Shown piece by piece: positions 1-9,653 of a stretch of 37,386 nucleotides of DNA. A program made the position numbers and the translations under genes. The stretch is taken from contig CAZVHL010000001.1 in the NCBI GenBank assembly GCA_964626925.1, forward strand, positions 1 through 37,386, read 5' to 3'. Each line of letters opens with the position of its first letter. Position 1 is the stretch's first letter. Origin of the DNA: an uncultured Nitrospiraceae bacterium (GTDB lineage Bacteria > Nitrospirota > Thermodesulfovibrionia > UBA6902). The notes beneath the pieces are model-generated. The model ran no database searches. It was not told the origin of the DNA and worked only from the letters and a program-made list of their open reading frames with translations.

Positions 1-15
1 ACTGAATGCGTTAAG

Positions 16-49
16 AATTAAAATGAGAAGCGAAGCGGCTATTTTAATT
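16..49. repeat. AT-rich inverted repeat: 9-bp arms AATTAAAAT/ATTTTAATT, 16-nt loop containing tandem GAAGC GAAGC
   Basis: Read directly: 16-24 is the exact reverse complement of 41-49. Confidence 0.5.
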
Positions 50-110
50 TAGCAGGCAGTCCTGAAACAGCCCGTTAAGAAACAATCACCGGGCGGCCTT
101 CTTTTGGTTC

Positions 111-202
111 CGTTTTCTTGGCCGCGCAAGAAAATGAATCGGGGTTTGGGGCAGAGCCCCATATTTAATAAATTGAACCTGGATTCCCGCCTTCGCGGGA
201 AT
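111..202. repeat. Cluster of three perfect extragenic palindromes (REP-like), possibly also the terminator region of cobA/hemD
   Basis: 113-120 TTTTCTTG pairs with 127-134 CAAGAAAA (loop GCCGCG). 147-152 TGGGGC pairs with 156-161 GCCCCA (loop AGA). 183-190 ATTCCCGC pairs with 195-202 GCGGGAAT (loop CTTC). The last palindrome translates as WIPAFAGMT in one frame and SRLRGND in another. I recall this as the signature of a palindromic repeat that yields spurious ORFs in many environmental genomes. Confidence 0.6.
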
Positions 203-235
203 GACAAGACAAAAAGCAGAGGGGTCAGGAGAACT

Positions 236-1759
236 TTATTTTTTTACCGCAAAGTTAATTATTTCATTCACCATTGCATTTATTGTCGCTTCTTCAGGCA
301 TGATACTAACTTTCAGGCCTCTCTTTTCTATGGCCTTTGCCGTAACAGGTCCGATTACCGCAATTGTAACGTCTCTTAACATGGTATCTGCTTCTTTGCC
401 CATTATCTCGAAGAAGTTATTGAAAGTAGCAGCACTTGTAAAAGTGGCTACAGATATTTTGCCTTCCCTGAAAAACCGTTTTAGTCTTTTGCCTAAAAAA
501 TCAGGTTTATCACTCCTGTATGTTACGGGGATGTCAATTTCGCCACCCAGTTCCCTGACTTTATCAGGAAATATTTCGCGTGCTACTTCTGCTCTTGGAA
601 GGAGAAAGCGTACACCTTTAAGTCCGACTTCACCGTATACTTCCATAAAGGATTTTATCAGACCTTCAGCATTAAACTTTTCAGGTATCATGTCTACCTT
701 GATCCCATATTTGTTGATCGCCGATGCTGTCTTTGAGCCGACAGCGCATATTTTTATACCCTTCATTTCCCTGATATCTCTGCCCTGCTCAAAAAACCTC
801 TGGAAAAAGAATTTAACGCCATTACCACTGGTAAATATAAGCCAGTCATAAGAATCGATTTTATCTATCGAGCTGTCCAATGCTTTCCAGTCTGCAGGAG
901 GAACGATCCTGATAGTGTGAAATTCAAGTATTTCGGCGCCAAGTTCTTCCAGACGCGCAAACCCTTCGGTATGCTCTCTTGTTACAAGTATGCGCTTACC
1001 AAAAAGGGGCTTTTTTTCATACCATTGAAGGCGTTCTCTTAATCTGACAACTTCTCCAACAACCATAACTGCAGGAGGTTTGATCTCATTTTCCTTGACA
1101 AGATCAGGGATTGTTGAAAGGTCACCGACTATTGTTGTCTGGTCTGCTCTGGTTCCCCATCTGATAACTGCAACCGGAGTGTCAGACTTTCTTCCGTTTT
1201 CGATCAGGTTTTTGCAGACCTGGTCAATGTTCTTGACTGCCATCAGGAAAACGATAGTTCCAACCCCTGTTGCCAGCCTGGACCAGTCGATAGAACTTTC
1301 CTTTTTTGTAACATCTTCATATCCGGGGACAATAGCAAGGGAAGATGAATATTCCCTGTGAGTAAGTGGGATTCCCGCATAAGCGGGAGCAGCGATTGCC
1401 GAGCTTATGCCTGGAACCACCTCAAATTCTATGCCTTGATTCGACAGCACTTCAGCTTCTTCGCCGCCCCTTCCGAAGACAAAGGGATCACCGCCTTTTA
1501 ACCTGCAGATAATCTTTCCTTCCATCGCTTTTTCAACAAGAGTGCTATTTATCTGGTCCTGGGTCATCGTGTGCTGTCCGCCGCGCTTGCCGGCATATAT
1601 GAATTCTGCATTGTGATCTATGTAGTTGAGAATCTGGGCATTCAGATGAAAATCGTATATCACCACTTCTGCCTTCTGGAGGTATTTCAGTCCCTTTACC
1701 GTGAGCAGTCCTACATCTCCGGGGCCTGCACCGACTATATATACTTTACCTTTTGGCAT
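236..1759 (-). CDS. cobA: Bifunctional uroporphyrinogen-III C-methyltransferase / uroporphyrinogen-III synthase (CobA-HemD fusion)
   Basis: The N-terminal half has tetrapyrrole methylase motifs (VYIVGAGPGD, GGDPFVFGRGGEE, VPGISS). The C-terminal ~250 aa looks HemD-like. The fused architecture is known in anaerobes. Confidence 0.9.
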   Translation of the reverse strand: MPKGKVYIVGAGPGDVGLLTVKGLKYLQKAEVVIYDFHLNAQILNYIDHNAEFIYAGKRGGQHTMTQDQINSTLVEKAMEGKIICRLKGGDPFVFGRGGEEAEVLSNQGIEFEVVPGISSAIAAPAYAGIPLTHREYSSSLAIVPGYEDVTKKESSIDWSRLATGVGTIVFLMAVKNIDQVCKNLIENGRKSDTPVAVIRWGTRADQTTIVGDLSTIPDLVKENEIKPPAVMVVGEVVRLRERLQWYEKKPLFGKRILVTREHTEGFARLEELGAEILEFHTIRIVPPADWKALDSSIDKIDSYDWLIFTSGNGVKFFFQRFFEQGRDIREMKGIKICAVGSKTASAINKYGIKVDMIPEKFNAEGLIKSFMEVYGEVGLKGVRFLLPRAEVAREIFPDKVRELGGEIDIPVTYRSDKPDFLGKRLKRFFREGKISVATFTSAATFNNFFEIMGKEADTMLRDVTIAVIGPVTAKAIEKRGLKVSIMPEEATINAMVNEIINFAVKK

Positions 1760-1884
1760 ACTTCAGTATGGGTAGTCCTTTCTCTGAACAAAATGTGTGA
1801 CAAATGATAACACAGTTATGCATTAACCTGCTTTGATTCAAGATATTTATGAATAATGCAGACTAAATGCCGGAATAAGGAGAT

Positions 1885-1913
1885 GCGGATTCAAATCTTA
1901 AAACTGAATCCGC
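1885..1913 (-). terminator. Candidate intrinsic terminator downstream of ihfB
   Basis: Perfect 9-bp stem GCGGATTCA/TGAATCCGC with an 11-nt loop, 68 nt after the ihfB stop. The sequence following on the minus strand (AUCUCCUUAUUCC) is only moderately U-rich. Confidence 0.4.
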
Positions 1914-1981
1914 TTATGTGGATGCACTAATTAAGATATGTCTCTTCTTTATAGATAGTAATAGAATAAGGTTTACAACTA

Positions 1982-2266
1982 TTAATTATTCTTGTTTACC
2001 ATTTCACGAAGTTCTTTGCCAACCTTAAAATAAGGCACTTTCTTTGGAGGAACATCAACTGCCTCACCCGTCTTGGGGTTTCTTGCCCTTCTTGCGTTTC
2101 TGTTGCGAAGCCGGAAATTTCCAAAGCCTCTGATCTCTACTTTGCCACCTTTTGAAAGGGTTTCCTTGATGCTTTCAAAAATTGTTTCGATTACAACTTC
2201 TGTCTGTTTTTTTGAAAGCCCCTCCACTTTTTCTGCTATTCTTTCGATAAGAACCGATTTTGTCAT
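1982..2266 (-). CDS. ihfB: Integration host factor beta subunit (HU/IHF family DNA-binding protein)
   Basis: MTKS.LIERIA start, RGFGNF, and the NPKTGE..V....VPYFK.GKELR arm closely resemble E. coli IhfB. Its position after rpsA matches the E. coli cmk-rpsA-ihfB order. Confidence 0.8.
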   Translation of the reverse strand: MTKSVLIERIAEKVEGLSKKQTEVVIETIFESIKETLSKGGKVEIRGFGNFRLRNRNARRARNPKTGEAVDVPPKKVPYFKVGKELREMVNKNN

Positions 2267-2332
2267 AAACCCTCCTTTTATAGAAAATCTAAAGTATCAA
2301 TAGTCAAATGTCAACTAATTTTTTAAAAAATG

Positions 2333-3181
2333 TTAAGGCGAAAACAGATACTGAAGTTTTATGCCGGAGAACGCATCCCCAATCAGCCTTTGTGGAAACT
2401 GCCCTCTGATCAAATCAAGGAAGCTGAACTTTTCTTTTTTTGTAACAACCTCCGGCTCGCCTTCAATCCCGGCAAGTTCCCCTGCTAACATTATAGCATC
2501 TTCAAGACCGCCAAGTTCATCTATCAGGCCGATCTCCTTTGCCATTCTGCCGGTAAATATGCGCCCGTCAGCAAGTTTTTTTGTCTCCTCAAACGTCATT
2601 CCTCTACTATCAGCTACTGCTTTGATAAACTGATCATGGACATCATCAAGAACTGTCTGAAGAATTTTCTTTTCTTCCGGAGTAAGGGTTTTAAAAACAG
2701 AGGCTATGTCTTTATGTTTTCCGCTTTTGATTACCTGTGTTTCAATACCGATCTTATCCATCAGACCTGATACATTGGGCAATTCCATAATCACTCCGAT
2801 CGAGCCGGTCAAAGTACCTGCATTGGCCACAATCCTGTCAGCAGGGGCTGCGATGTAGTAACCGCCGGAAGCTGCGATTGCACCCATAGAAACAATAACT
2901 TTTTTCTTTTCCTTTATTTTGATTATTTCGTTATAGATTTCCTGAGATGGTGCAACAGCGCCACCTGGGCTGTTAACTCTTATGATGATGGCTTTGATTG
3001 AACTGTCTTTGGCATAATCCTTTAATTCCTTGATTACATCCGACGAATCAATTATTACTCCGGTGACATGCACCAGGGCAACCTTTTCTCCGAGAGGATT
3101 TTTTTGTGAAAAAGTGAGCAGAAGGCTCAGAACCACAGCGATTAGAAATATAATTGTGAAAAATATAAAGACCTTTTTCAT
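2333..3181 (-). CDS. sppA: Signal peptide peptidase SppA, 36K type
   Basis: N-terminal TM anchor followed by a ClpP/crotonase-like S49 peptidase core (RVNSPGG, AASGGYYIA). Confidence 0.9.
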   Translation of the reverse strand: MKKVFIFFTIIFLIAVVLSLLLTFSQKNPLGEKVALVHVTGVIIDSSDVIKELKDYAKDSSIKAIIIRVNSPGGAVAPSQEIYNEIIKIKEKKKVIVSMGAIAASGGYYIAAPADRIVANAGTLTGSIGVIMELPNVSGLMDKIGIETQVIKSGKHKDIASVFKTLTPEEKKILQTVLDDVHDQFIKAVADSRGMTFEETKKLADGRIFTGRMAKEIGLIDELGGLEDAIMLAGELAGIEGEPEVVTKKEKFSFLDLIRGQFPQRLIGDAFSGIKLQYLFSP

Positions 3182-3244
3182 TTTTAAATTTGATCGATAA
3201 TTGCGAAAAAAAGAACTCTATACTTATCTGTTAATCTTCAATTC

Positions 3245-4822
3245 CTACCCCACCATGGTTTTCATGCTTAGGTCGATTTTTCTTTCGTCAGGAATAATAT
3301 TGATTATTCTTGCAGACAGTTCGGCTCCAACCTTGAAGATGTCCTCTACTTTTTCATCCGGTTTTTTATCAACTTCAGATCTATGAATCAATCCCTCTAT
3401 CCCATCGTCAAATTCAACAAAAAGACCAAAGTCGGTAAGGTTAACAACCGTACAATTTACTGTATCTCCAAGACTGTATTTGTTGGGGATTTCTTCAATC
3501 CATGGATCATCTGTCAGTTCCTTAATGCCGACAGAAATTCTCTCTTTCTCTGGTTCGATATTAAGAACTACAACTTCAATCTGTTGTCCTTTTTTCAGCA
3601 CATCGGACGGATGTCTTATCCTCTTGATCCATGACATATCGGATATGTGAAGAAGCGCGTCTACCCCTTCGTCCAGCGAGACAAATGCTCCGAACTCAGC
3701 AAAACTTTTTACGGTTCCCTGTATTTTCTGACCGATAGTATATTTATCCTTTATGACTTCCCATGGATTAGGTTTGAGCTTGCGTATACTGAGTGAAATT
3801 TTTTTGTCGCTTTTGCTGACTTTAAGAACGACCGCTTCTACGCTTTCTCCAACAGAAAAATATTTTGAAGGTTTTATGTTTTTTTCCAGCCAGTCAATTT
3901 CACTGACATGAATGAGGCCTTCTACCCCTTCTTCAAGTTCAATAAATATTCCGTAATCTGTAATGGTTATTATTTTCCCGATCACAATATGATCAGCTGG
4001 ATATTTTTCCTCGACGGCTTCCCATGGGTCAGGGGATTTCTGCTTGTAGCCCAGTGTAACTTTATTATTGCCGGGGTCAAATGAAAGAATGATCACCTCG
4101 ACTTTGTCGCCGATGCTGAAGAGTTCCCCTGGATGGCTTATCCTTCCCCATGACATATCCGATATATGCAGTAGACCATCAATTCCCCCAAGGTCAATAA
4201 ATGCCCCGTAATCCGTCAGGTTTTTAACAGTTCCTTCCAGTATGAGACCGTCTTTGAATGTTGCTATTGTTTTTTCTCTTAGCTCTTTGCGCTCTTCTTC
4301 AAGCAGCGCACGTCGCGAAATAATCACGTTTGAGCCTTTATTGTTAAAATTTAGCACTTTGAATGCAAATGTATGTCCAATAAGGGCATCTGTATTTTTT
4401 GGGGCTTTTAAATCAATCTGGGAACCCGGAAGAAACGCAACAACTCCACCAATGCTGACTGTCATCCCACCTTTGACTTTTCCTGTAATTTTTCCATCAA
4501 CAGGTTGACTGTTATTGAAGGCATTTTCGATCATATCCCACATTCTTGCCCCTTCAGCCTTTTGTCTCGATAGTTTAACAAAGCCATCCGAATTGCTCAT
4601 TCTTTCAATAAAGACCTCGATTTCATCACCGGGGTGCATATCCTGAAGTTCATTATTGACCAGTTCCCTTGTAGGGATAAATCCTTCAGATTTCAAACCT
4701 ACGTCAACTATCATACCGTCTGCCTTTATTTGCAGTATCTTGCCTTTAGTTATCGCGCCAACTTTTAATCCCTTAAAAGAGTCGGCATAAAATTTTTCTA
4801 AATCATTCATCTGAGTTTCCAT
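3245..4822 (-). CDS. rpsA: 30S ribosomal protein S1
   Basis: Tandem S1 OB-fold repeats with recurring G.V....GAF(I/V).L..G(I/V)(D/E)GL(L/I)H(I/V)S(D/E) motifs; size and cmk-rpsA synteny fit. Confidence 0.95.
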   Translation of the reverse strand: METQMNDLEKFYADSFKGLKVGAITKGKILQIKADGMIVDVGLKSEGFIPTRELVNNELQDMHPGDEIEVFIERMSNSDGFVKLSRQKAEGARMWDMIENAFNNSQPVDGKITGKVKGGMTVSIGGVVAFLPGSQIDLKAPKNTDALIGHTFAFKVLNFNNKGSNVIISRRALLEEERKELREKTIATFKDGLILEGTVKNLTDYGAFIDLGGIDGLLHISDMSWGRISHPGELFSIGDKVEVIILSFDPGNNKVTLGYKQKSPDPWEAVEEKYPADHIVIGKIITITDYGIFIELEEGVEGLIHVSEIDWLEKNIKPSKYFSVGESVEAVVLKVSKSDKKISLSIRKLKPNPWEVIKDKYTIGQKIQGTVKSFAEFGAFVSLDEGVDALLHISDMSWIKRIRHPSDVLKKGQQIEVVVLNIEPEKERISVGIKELTDDPWIEEIPNKYSLGDTVNCTVVNLTDFGLFVEFDDGIEGLIHRSEVDKKPDEKVEDIFKVGAELSARIINIIPDERKIDLSMKTMVG

Positions 4823-4919
4823 AGTTATGTATTATATTACCTCCTGACAGAAATTGCTCTTATTTTTTCAAACCATCCAAGATCAAATCTAAATTGAAAT
4901 TCCTCCCTGTTGTGTAGAC

Positions 4920-4948
4920 ATTATAAATATTTTCAATAGTATTTCCAA
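4920..4948 (-). promoter_or_regulatory. Candidate sigma70-type promoter of rpsA
   Basis: On the minus strand: TTGGAA (4943-4948) - 17 nt - TATAAT (4920-4925), about 95 nt upstream of the rpsA start codon. Confidence 0.4.
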
Positions 4949-5004
4949 TCTTCATCGGTTGTTTACAGCCGGTATACTTTATCATAAACAGCATTATTCC
5001 GTTT

Positions 5005-5652
5005 TCACTGATCTGTATCTGCATATTTCTTTTGAAGCTCTTTTATGGCTGACATGACATTATCGCTAATTTTATCGTGTTTTATGTGAGTTGGTGAATC
5101 TGCACTTTCTGTGAATGTTTTCGGGTATATTGGCTTGCCAAACATAACTAATATCTTGTTTCTTTTTAGCCACTTAGCATCAACCGGCAATGCTTTGTCA
5201 GATCCGATAATAAGAGCCGGGACTATGGGCACATTGCTCATGGTGGCTATCATTCCTACTCCGCGCCTGGCTTCGAGCAGTTGGCCGGTTTCATTTCTTC
5301 TGCCTTCAGGGAACATTACTATGAGAGCACCCTTTTTAAGCCGTCTTACAGCATTTTTAATTGTTGACGGGCGCGGCTTTTCTCTGTCAACCGGAAAAGC
5401 AGCACGTGTTATCATCCGTCCAAGAACCGGGACATCAAAAAGACCCTTTCTTGCCATAAAAGTCGCTGCCCGGGGAAGCACTGAGCCTAACAGAGGCGGG
5501 TCTAAATAGCTTATATGATTTGACGCTATTATTACCCCTCCTTCAGCTGGCACGTTATCTGTTCCTTTAATATCAAGACCGCCGTTAAAACGAAGAATCA
5601 ATCTTATCGTTAAAGCAATCAGCTTGTATGTAAGAAGATAAATTGAATCCAT
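5005..5652 (-). CDS. plsC: 1-acyl-sn-glycerol-3-phosphate acyltransferase
   Basis: Acyltransferase HX4D block (NHISYLD) and FPEGRR block. Confidence 0.85.
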   Translation of the reverse strand: MDSIYLLTYKLIALTIRLILRFNGGLDIKGTDNVPAEGGVIIASNHISYLDPPLLGSVLPRAATFMARKGLFDVPVLGRMITRAAFPVDREKPRPSTIKNAVRRLKKGALIVMFPEGRRNETGQLLEARRGVGMIATMSNVPIVPALIIGSDKALPVDAKWLKRNKILVMFGKPIYPKTFTESADSPTHIKHDKISDNVMSAIKELQKKYADTDQ

Positions 5653-5752
5653 TTTTTATCCTGCATTATTCATAAATAACTTGAATCAAAGCAGGTATCC
5701 CAAAAAACTTCAAACTTATTAACAATGAGAAATGCTGCTGGCTGTTAAGGCA

Positions 5753-6397
5753 TTACTTTAAATTTTCGATTATTGTCAATACAACCTTTTTTATACTCAT
5801 GTTAGTTGAATCTATCTGAATCATATCATCTGTTTTTTTTAACGGCGAGTTTTTACGTGAGGAATCTCTCATATCCCGTTTCCTTATATCCTCCATTGTA
5901 GATTCGACCGTAATATCAGGGGATTGTTTTTTTAGCTCCTCATACCTCCTCCGGGCTCTCTCTTCAAGGCTTGCATCAAGAAAAAATTTGTTTTCAGCTT
6001 CAGGAAAAATAGTTGTACCGGTATCCCTGCCTTCAATTACTACATTGCCTTGAAGACATATTTCTTTTTGAATATTGAATAGTCCTTTCCTGACAACCGG
6101 CAGCGCAGAAATTTTGGAACTGAGTTCGCCAATTTCATTAGTCCTTATATCGAATGTCACATCTACGTCATCAACCATAATCCTGTCATTAGCAATCTTG
6201 ATATTTGTGTTTTCCATCATTATTTTTACGGAATTTATATTATCGGGACTGATTTTTTCTTTTCTTGCCTTCCATGCAATTGCCCTGTATAGTGCGCCTG
6301 TGTCCAGATATTTGTAGCTGAGTTCTCTTGCAAGGGCCTTTGCAACTGTCCCTTTCCCTGCACCGGATGGGCCGTCAATGGTAATAACGTTTTTCAA
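5753..6397 (-). CDS. cmk: Cytidylate kinase
   Basis: P-loop ITIDGPSGAGKGT, LDTGALYR motif, and a 4-nt overlap with the aroA stop. Confidence 0.95.
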   Translation of the reverse strand: MKNVITIDGPSGAGKGTVAKALARELSYKYLDTGALYRAIAWKARKEKISPDNINSVKIMMENTNIKIANDRIMVDDVDVTFDIRTNEIGELSSKISALPVVRKGLFNIQKEICLQGNVVIEGRDTGTTIFPEAENKFFLDASLEERARRRYEELKKQSPDITVESTMEDIRKRDMRDSSRKNSPLKKTDDMIQIDSTNMSIKKVVLTIIENLK

Positions 6398-7704
6398 TGC
6401 TGAAGACCTTCTATCAAAGTCATAAATTCAGGGAAGGATGTATTTACACAGTCCGTGTCTGATATAGTTGTCTGTCCTTTGGCCGTAAGCCCTGCTATAG
6501 CCAGAGACATCGCAATTCTGTGGTCCCCATGACTGTTAACAGATGCAGGCTGCAGTTCTTCCGCACCTTCAATAACAAGACCATCTTCAAGTTCTTCGAT
6601 TGCTGCTCCCATTTTCATTAGTTCGGAAGCCATAGATGCTATCCTGTCCGATTCCTTCACCCGCAGCTCTTTAGCACCGGTTATCCTGGTAGTACCTTCA
6701 GCACAGGATGCTGCTATACATATTATGGGAAATTCATCAATCGCTCTAAGAATCTCATCAGCTTTGATATCTATACCTTTAAGTTTTGAATATTTAACCA
6801 ATATGTCTGCAACAAGCTCTCCTGATACTTCTCTAATGTTTTCCAGCTTTATATCTGCCCCCATTTTATTTAGAATGTCTATTAGTCCGGTTCTTGTAGG
6901 ATTTACACCAGTGTCCCTGACCAATATTTCTGATTCAGGCACTAACAATCCCGCTGCTATGAAATATGCAGCTGATGAGAAATCACCAGGTATTGTGACA
7001 TCTATAGCGTTCAGTGGATTCATCCCCCTTACAGTTACCGTAGTATTTTTTACATTGATGTCCGCACCGCATGCCATTAACATTCTTTCAGTGTGATCCC
7101 TTGATTTTCCGGGTTCAATAACTGTTGTTACACCATCACAATAAAGCCCTGCCAGAAGTATTGCTGATTTAACCTGTGCGCTTGCAACAGGAGAACTGTA
7201 ACTGATAGGCCGCAAAGAACCGCCTTCTATTTTGAGAGGTGGATAGCCATCTTTTTCAGAGCTGATAATTGCTCCCATCTGTGAGAGTGGTGTTATTATC
7301 CTTTGCATAGGCCTGCTTTTTAACGATGAGTCTCCGCTTAACTGTGAAGAAAATGGCTGCCCTGCGAGGACTCCGCTCAAAAGCCTCATTGTTGTTCCTG
7401 AGTTCCCACAGTCTATTGTGCCGGCAGGTTCGTTAAGTCCGATCAATCCCCTGCCATTTATTATTACTTCATTTTTATATGTCTGGGCATCTTTGTCGTG
7501 AGTTTTTAAAGTTATATTAATTCCCATCTGCCTGAAGGCCCCGAGAGTTCTCATGGGATCTTCTGCGCGCAGGAAATTTCTGACAATACTTTTCCCATTA
7601 GCCAGGGATGAAAGCATTATTGCACGATGGGAAATTGATTTATCTGGAGGGCAGATGATTTCTCCGCGGAGGGGACACCTGTATTTTATTTTAATCTGAT
7701 TCAA
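6394..7704 (-). CDS. aroA: 3-phosphoshikimate 1-carboxyvinyltransferase (EPSP synthase)
   Basis: Motifs PPDKSISHRAIML, LKSRPM, RVKESDRI and GDHRIAMS. The ORF is open up to 7770 (ATGs at 7770 and 7752). A TTG at 7704 gives the usual ~19-residue lead before the DKSISHR motif and cuts the overlap with tyrA from 80 nt to 14 nt. Confidence 0.9.
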   Translation of the reverse strand: MNQIKIKYRCPLRGEIICPPDKSISHRAIMLSSLANGKSIVRNFLRAEDPMRTLGAFRQMGINITLKTHDKDAQTYKNEVIINGRGLIGLNEPAGTIDCGNSGTTMRLLSGVLAGQPFSSQLSGDSSLKSRPMQRIITPLSQMGAIISSEKDGYPPLKIEGGSLRPISYSSPVASAQVKSAILLAGLYCDGVTTVIEPGKSRDHTERMLMACGADINVKNTTVTVRGMNPLNAIDVTIPGDFSSAAYFIAAGLLVPESEILVRDTGVNPTRTGLIDILNKMGADIKLENIREVSGELVADILVKYSKLKGIDIKADEILRAIDEFPIICIAASCAEGTTRITGAKELRVKESDRIASMASELMKMGAAIEELEDGLVIEGAEELQPASVNSHGDHRIAMSLAIAGLTAKGQTTISDTDCVNTSFPEFMTLIEGLQH

Positions 7705-8545
7705 TGAGCTGTCTTGCCTCGCTAGCCCTTTTGAATTCTTTTTCCAGACCATCCCAGTCCGATTCTTCAATCAATTTTATCATTCGAGAGATCGCAGATG
7801 AGAAGCTTTTCAGTGACAGTGTTATATCTTTCCTGTTATGGCTGCATATGTCTCGCCAAAGCGATGGAGGACTTAGGGCAATCCGCGTCATATCTTTTAA
7901 TCCCTTGCCGCTTAACTGGATCATGTCTTTGTTAACATCATTAATTGCATTAATCAGGGCGTAAGCCGCTATATGAGGAAGGTGACTTACTGCTGCAAAA
8001 ACAGAATCATGTTCTTCCGGACTCATAATGATGGTGCCGGTTCCTATAAACTCCCAGAAGTCACGGATTTTCGTCAATGCTGTTTTATCTGTGTTTGCAC
8101 TGGGAGTAATTATGCATTTTGCGTTCCTGAAAAGATCTGGTGATGCAGCGTTTATTCCTGAACATTCTTTTCCTGCTATGGGGTGGCCGGCTACAAAACT
8201 TACTCCATCAGGCATGAGAGGTTCAAGTTGATTTACAATATCTGATTTAACGCTTCCTACATCTGTTACAATGGCACCCTGTTTAAGCGCATCCTTTATG
8301 TCTGTAACGATCTGTTTGAAATGCTGCACAGAAGAAGCCAGTACAATAAGGTCAGCATTTCTCACACCGTCAGCATGTGATGTTGTGAACGAATCGATTA
8401 TTCCGAGTTCCCTGGCTCTGACTAAATTTTCTTCCCTTCGGCCTATTCCGGATATTTTCCCACTGAAGCCTGCTTTCTTTAACGAAAGGGCAAGTGAACT
8501 TCCGATAAGTCCAATACCGATTATAGCTATATGTTTGAAATCCAT
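7691..8545 (-). CDS. tyrA: Prephenate dehydrogenase
   Basis: N-terminal Rossmann motif IIGIGLIGSS, a GHPIAG motif, and aromatic amino-acid gene context. Confidence 0.9.
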   Translation of the reverse strand: MDFKHIAIIGIGLIGSSLALSLKKAGFSGKISGIGRREENLVRARELGIIDSFTTSHADGVRNADLIVLASSVQHFKQIVTDIKDALKQGAIVTDVGSVKSDIVNQLEPLMPDGVSFVAGHPIAGKECSGINAASPDLFRNAKCIITPSANTDKTALTKIRDFWEFIGTGTIIMSPEEHDSVFAAVSHLPHIAAYALINAINDVNKDMIQLSGKGLKDMTRIALSPPSLWRDICSHNRKDITLSLKSFSSAISRMIKLIEESDWDGLEKEFKRASEARQLIESD

Positions 8546-8570
8546 TACGAGTTAAACTGCCATCCCATTT

Positions 8571-9653
8571 TCATAAATTTCTGATTGATTTATTTAATGC
8601 TTTGATCAATAATTTATTTTCTTTTGGCGTTCCTATAGTTACTCGTGCTGCTTCAGGTCCCATCGGCCTGATAATAATGCCTTTATTTAATAAAGAATCG
8701 TATAAGTCAGCAGATATTTTATTTTCAAAAAGTATAAATATGAAATTTGCTTCTGTTGGTATGTACCTCAAACCTGATTTTTTGAATTCATTATACAGGT
8801 ATTTTTTACCTCTTTCGTTTACTCTTTTTAGTTTTCCCAGGTAATTATCGTCATTCAACGCTGCAAGCGCGGCGGTCTGGGCAAGGGAGTTTACATTAAA
8901 AGGCTGGCGAACTTTATTCATTTCAGTGCTTATCCAGTTCCCGGTAATCCCATAGCCTATTCTAAGACCTGCAAGTCCATAAATTTTGGAAAACGTTCTG
9001 AGTATTAAAATGTCCCGGTTCTGTTTCAGATAATTTATACTCTGCGGATAATCAGGAGAAACAACATACTCACAATATGCTTCATCAATAATCACCAGTA
9101 TGTCCTCAGGAACTTGCCTCATAAATGAGTCCAGTTCGACTTGAGTGTTGATAGTGCCGGTGGGATTATTAGGGTTTGCTATAAAGATCAGTCTGGTCTT
9201 GTCAGTAATTTTAGCGGCCATGGCATCGAGGTCATGACGCCAGTCTTTGAGTGGGACAACAATACTTTTACCTTTTGCAGCCTGAACAATGGTTGAATAA
9301 ACTACAAAAGAAGGATGCGCCATTATTGCCTCATCACCCGGATTAAGAAATGTTCTGACTGCAAGTTCAATAAGCTCATTAGAGCCATTGCCGAATATCA
9401 GTTCATCACGTCCGATTTTTAGTTTGTCTGACAACGCATTTTTCAGATAATGACAGTTTCCATCAGGATATCTGTTTAATTCACCAATTTGTTTGCGCAG
9501 AGCCCTGACAGCAAGAGGTGACGGGCCGACAGGGTTTTCATTGGAAGCCAGCTTGACTGAACCGCTTATTCCGAGTTCTCTTTCAAGTTCTTCAATCGGC
9601 TTTCCTGGGATGTAAGGTTTAATTCCGCTTATATGGTCAGGAGCTTTAATCAT
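8571..9653 (-). CDS. hisC: Histidinol-phosphate / aromatic aminotransferase
   Basis: Class-II aminotransferase motifs NPNNPTG and TFSKIYGLAGLRIGY (PLP lysine). The hisC-tyrA-aroA order matches the Bacillus aromatic supraoperon. Confidence 0.9.
   Translation of the reverse strand: MIKAPDHISGIKPYIPGKPIEELERELGISGSVKLASNENPVGPSPLAVRALRKQIGELNRYPDGNCHYLKNALSDKLKIGRDELIFGNGSNELIELAVRTFLNPGDEAIMAHPSFVVYSTIVQAAKGKSIVVPLKDWRHDLDAMAAKITDKTRLIFIANPNNPTGTINTQVELDSFMRQVPEDILVIIDEAYCEYVVSPDYPQSINYLKQNRDILILRTFSKIYGLAGLRIGYGITGNWISTEMNKVRQPFNVNSLAQTAALAALNDDNYLGKLKRVNERGKKYLYNEFKKSGLRYIPTEANFIFILFENKISADLYDSLLNKGIIIRPMGPEAARVTIGTPKENKLLIKALNKSIRNL

Noticed and set aside
104-379. 91-aa ORF containing LDSRLRGNDKTK.
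   Set aside because: It is the translation of the palindromic repeat cluster (111-202) continuing antisense into cobA/hemD. It is not a gene.
201-851. Long antisense ORFs inside well-supported genes. Examples: 201-851(+), 5111-5509(+), 6725-7096(+), 9843-10283(+), 12366-12710(+), 24773-25150(-), 30391-30903(-), 36669-37235(-).
   Set aside because: Each lies entirely opposite a gene with strong family motifs. Their translations are low-complexity (rich in S, L, I, F) with no recognisable motif, no RBS and no independent context. They are the typical shadow ORFs of an AT-rich genome.
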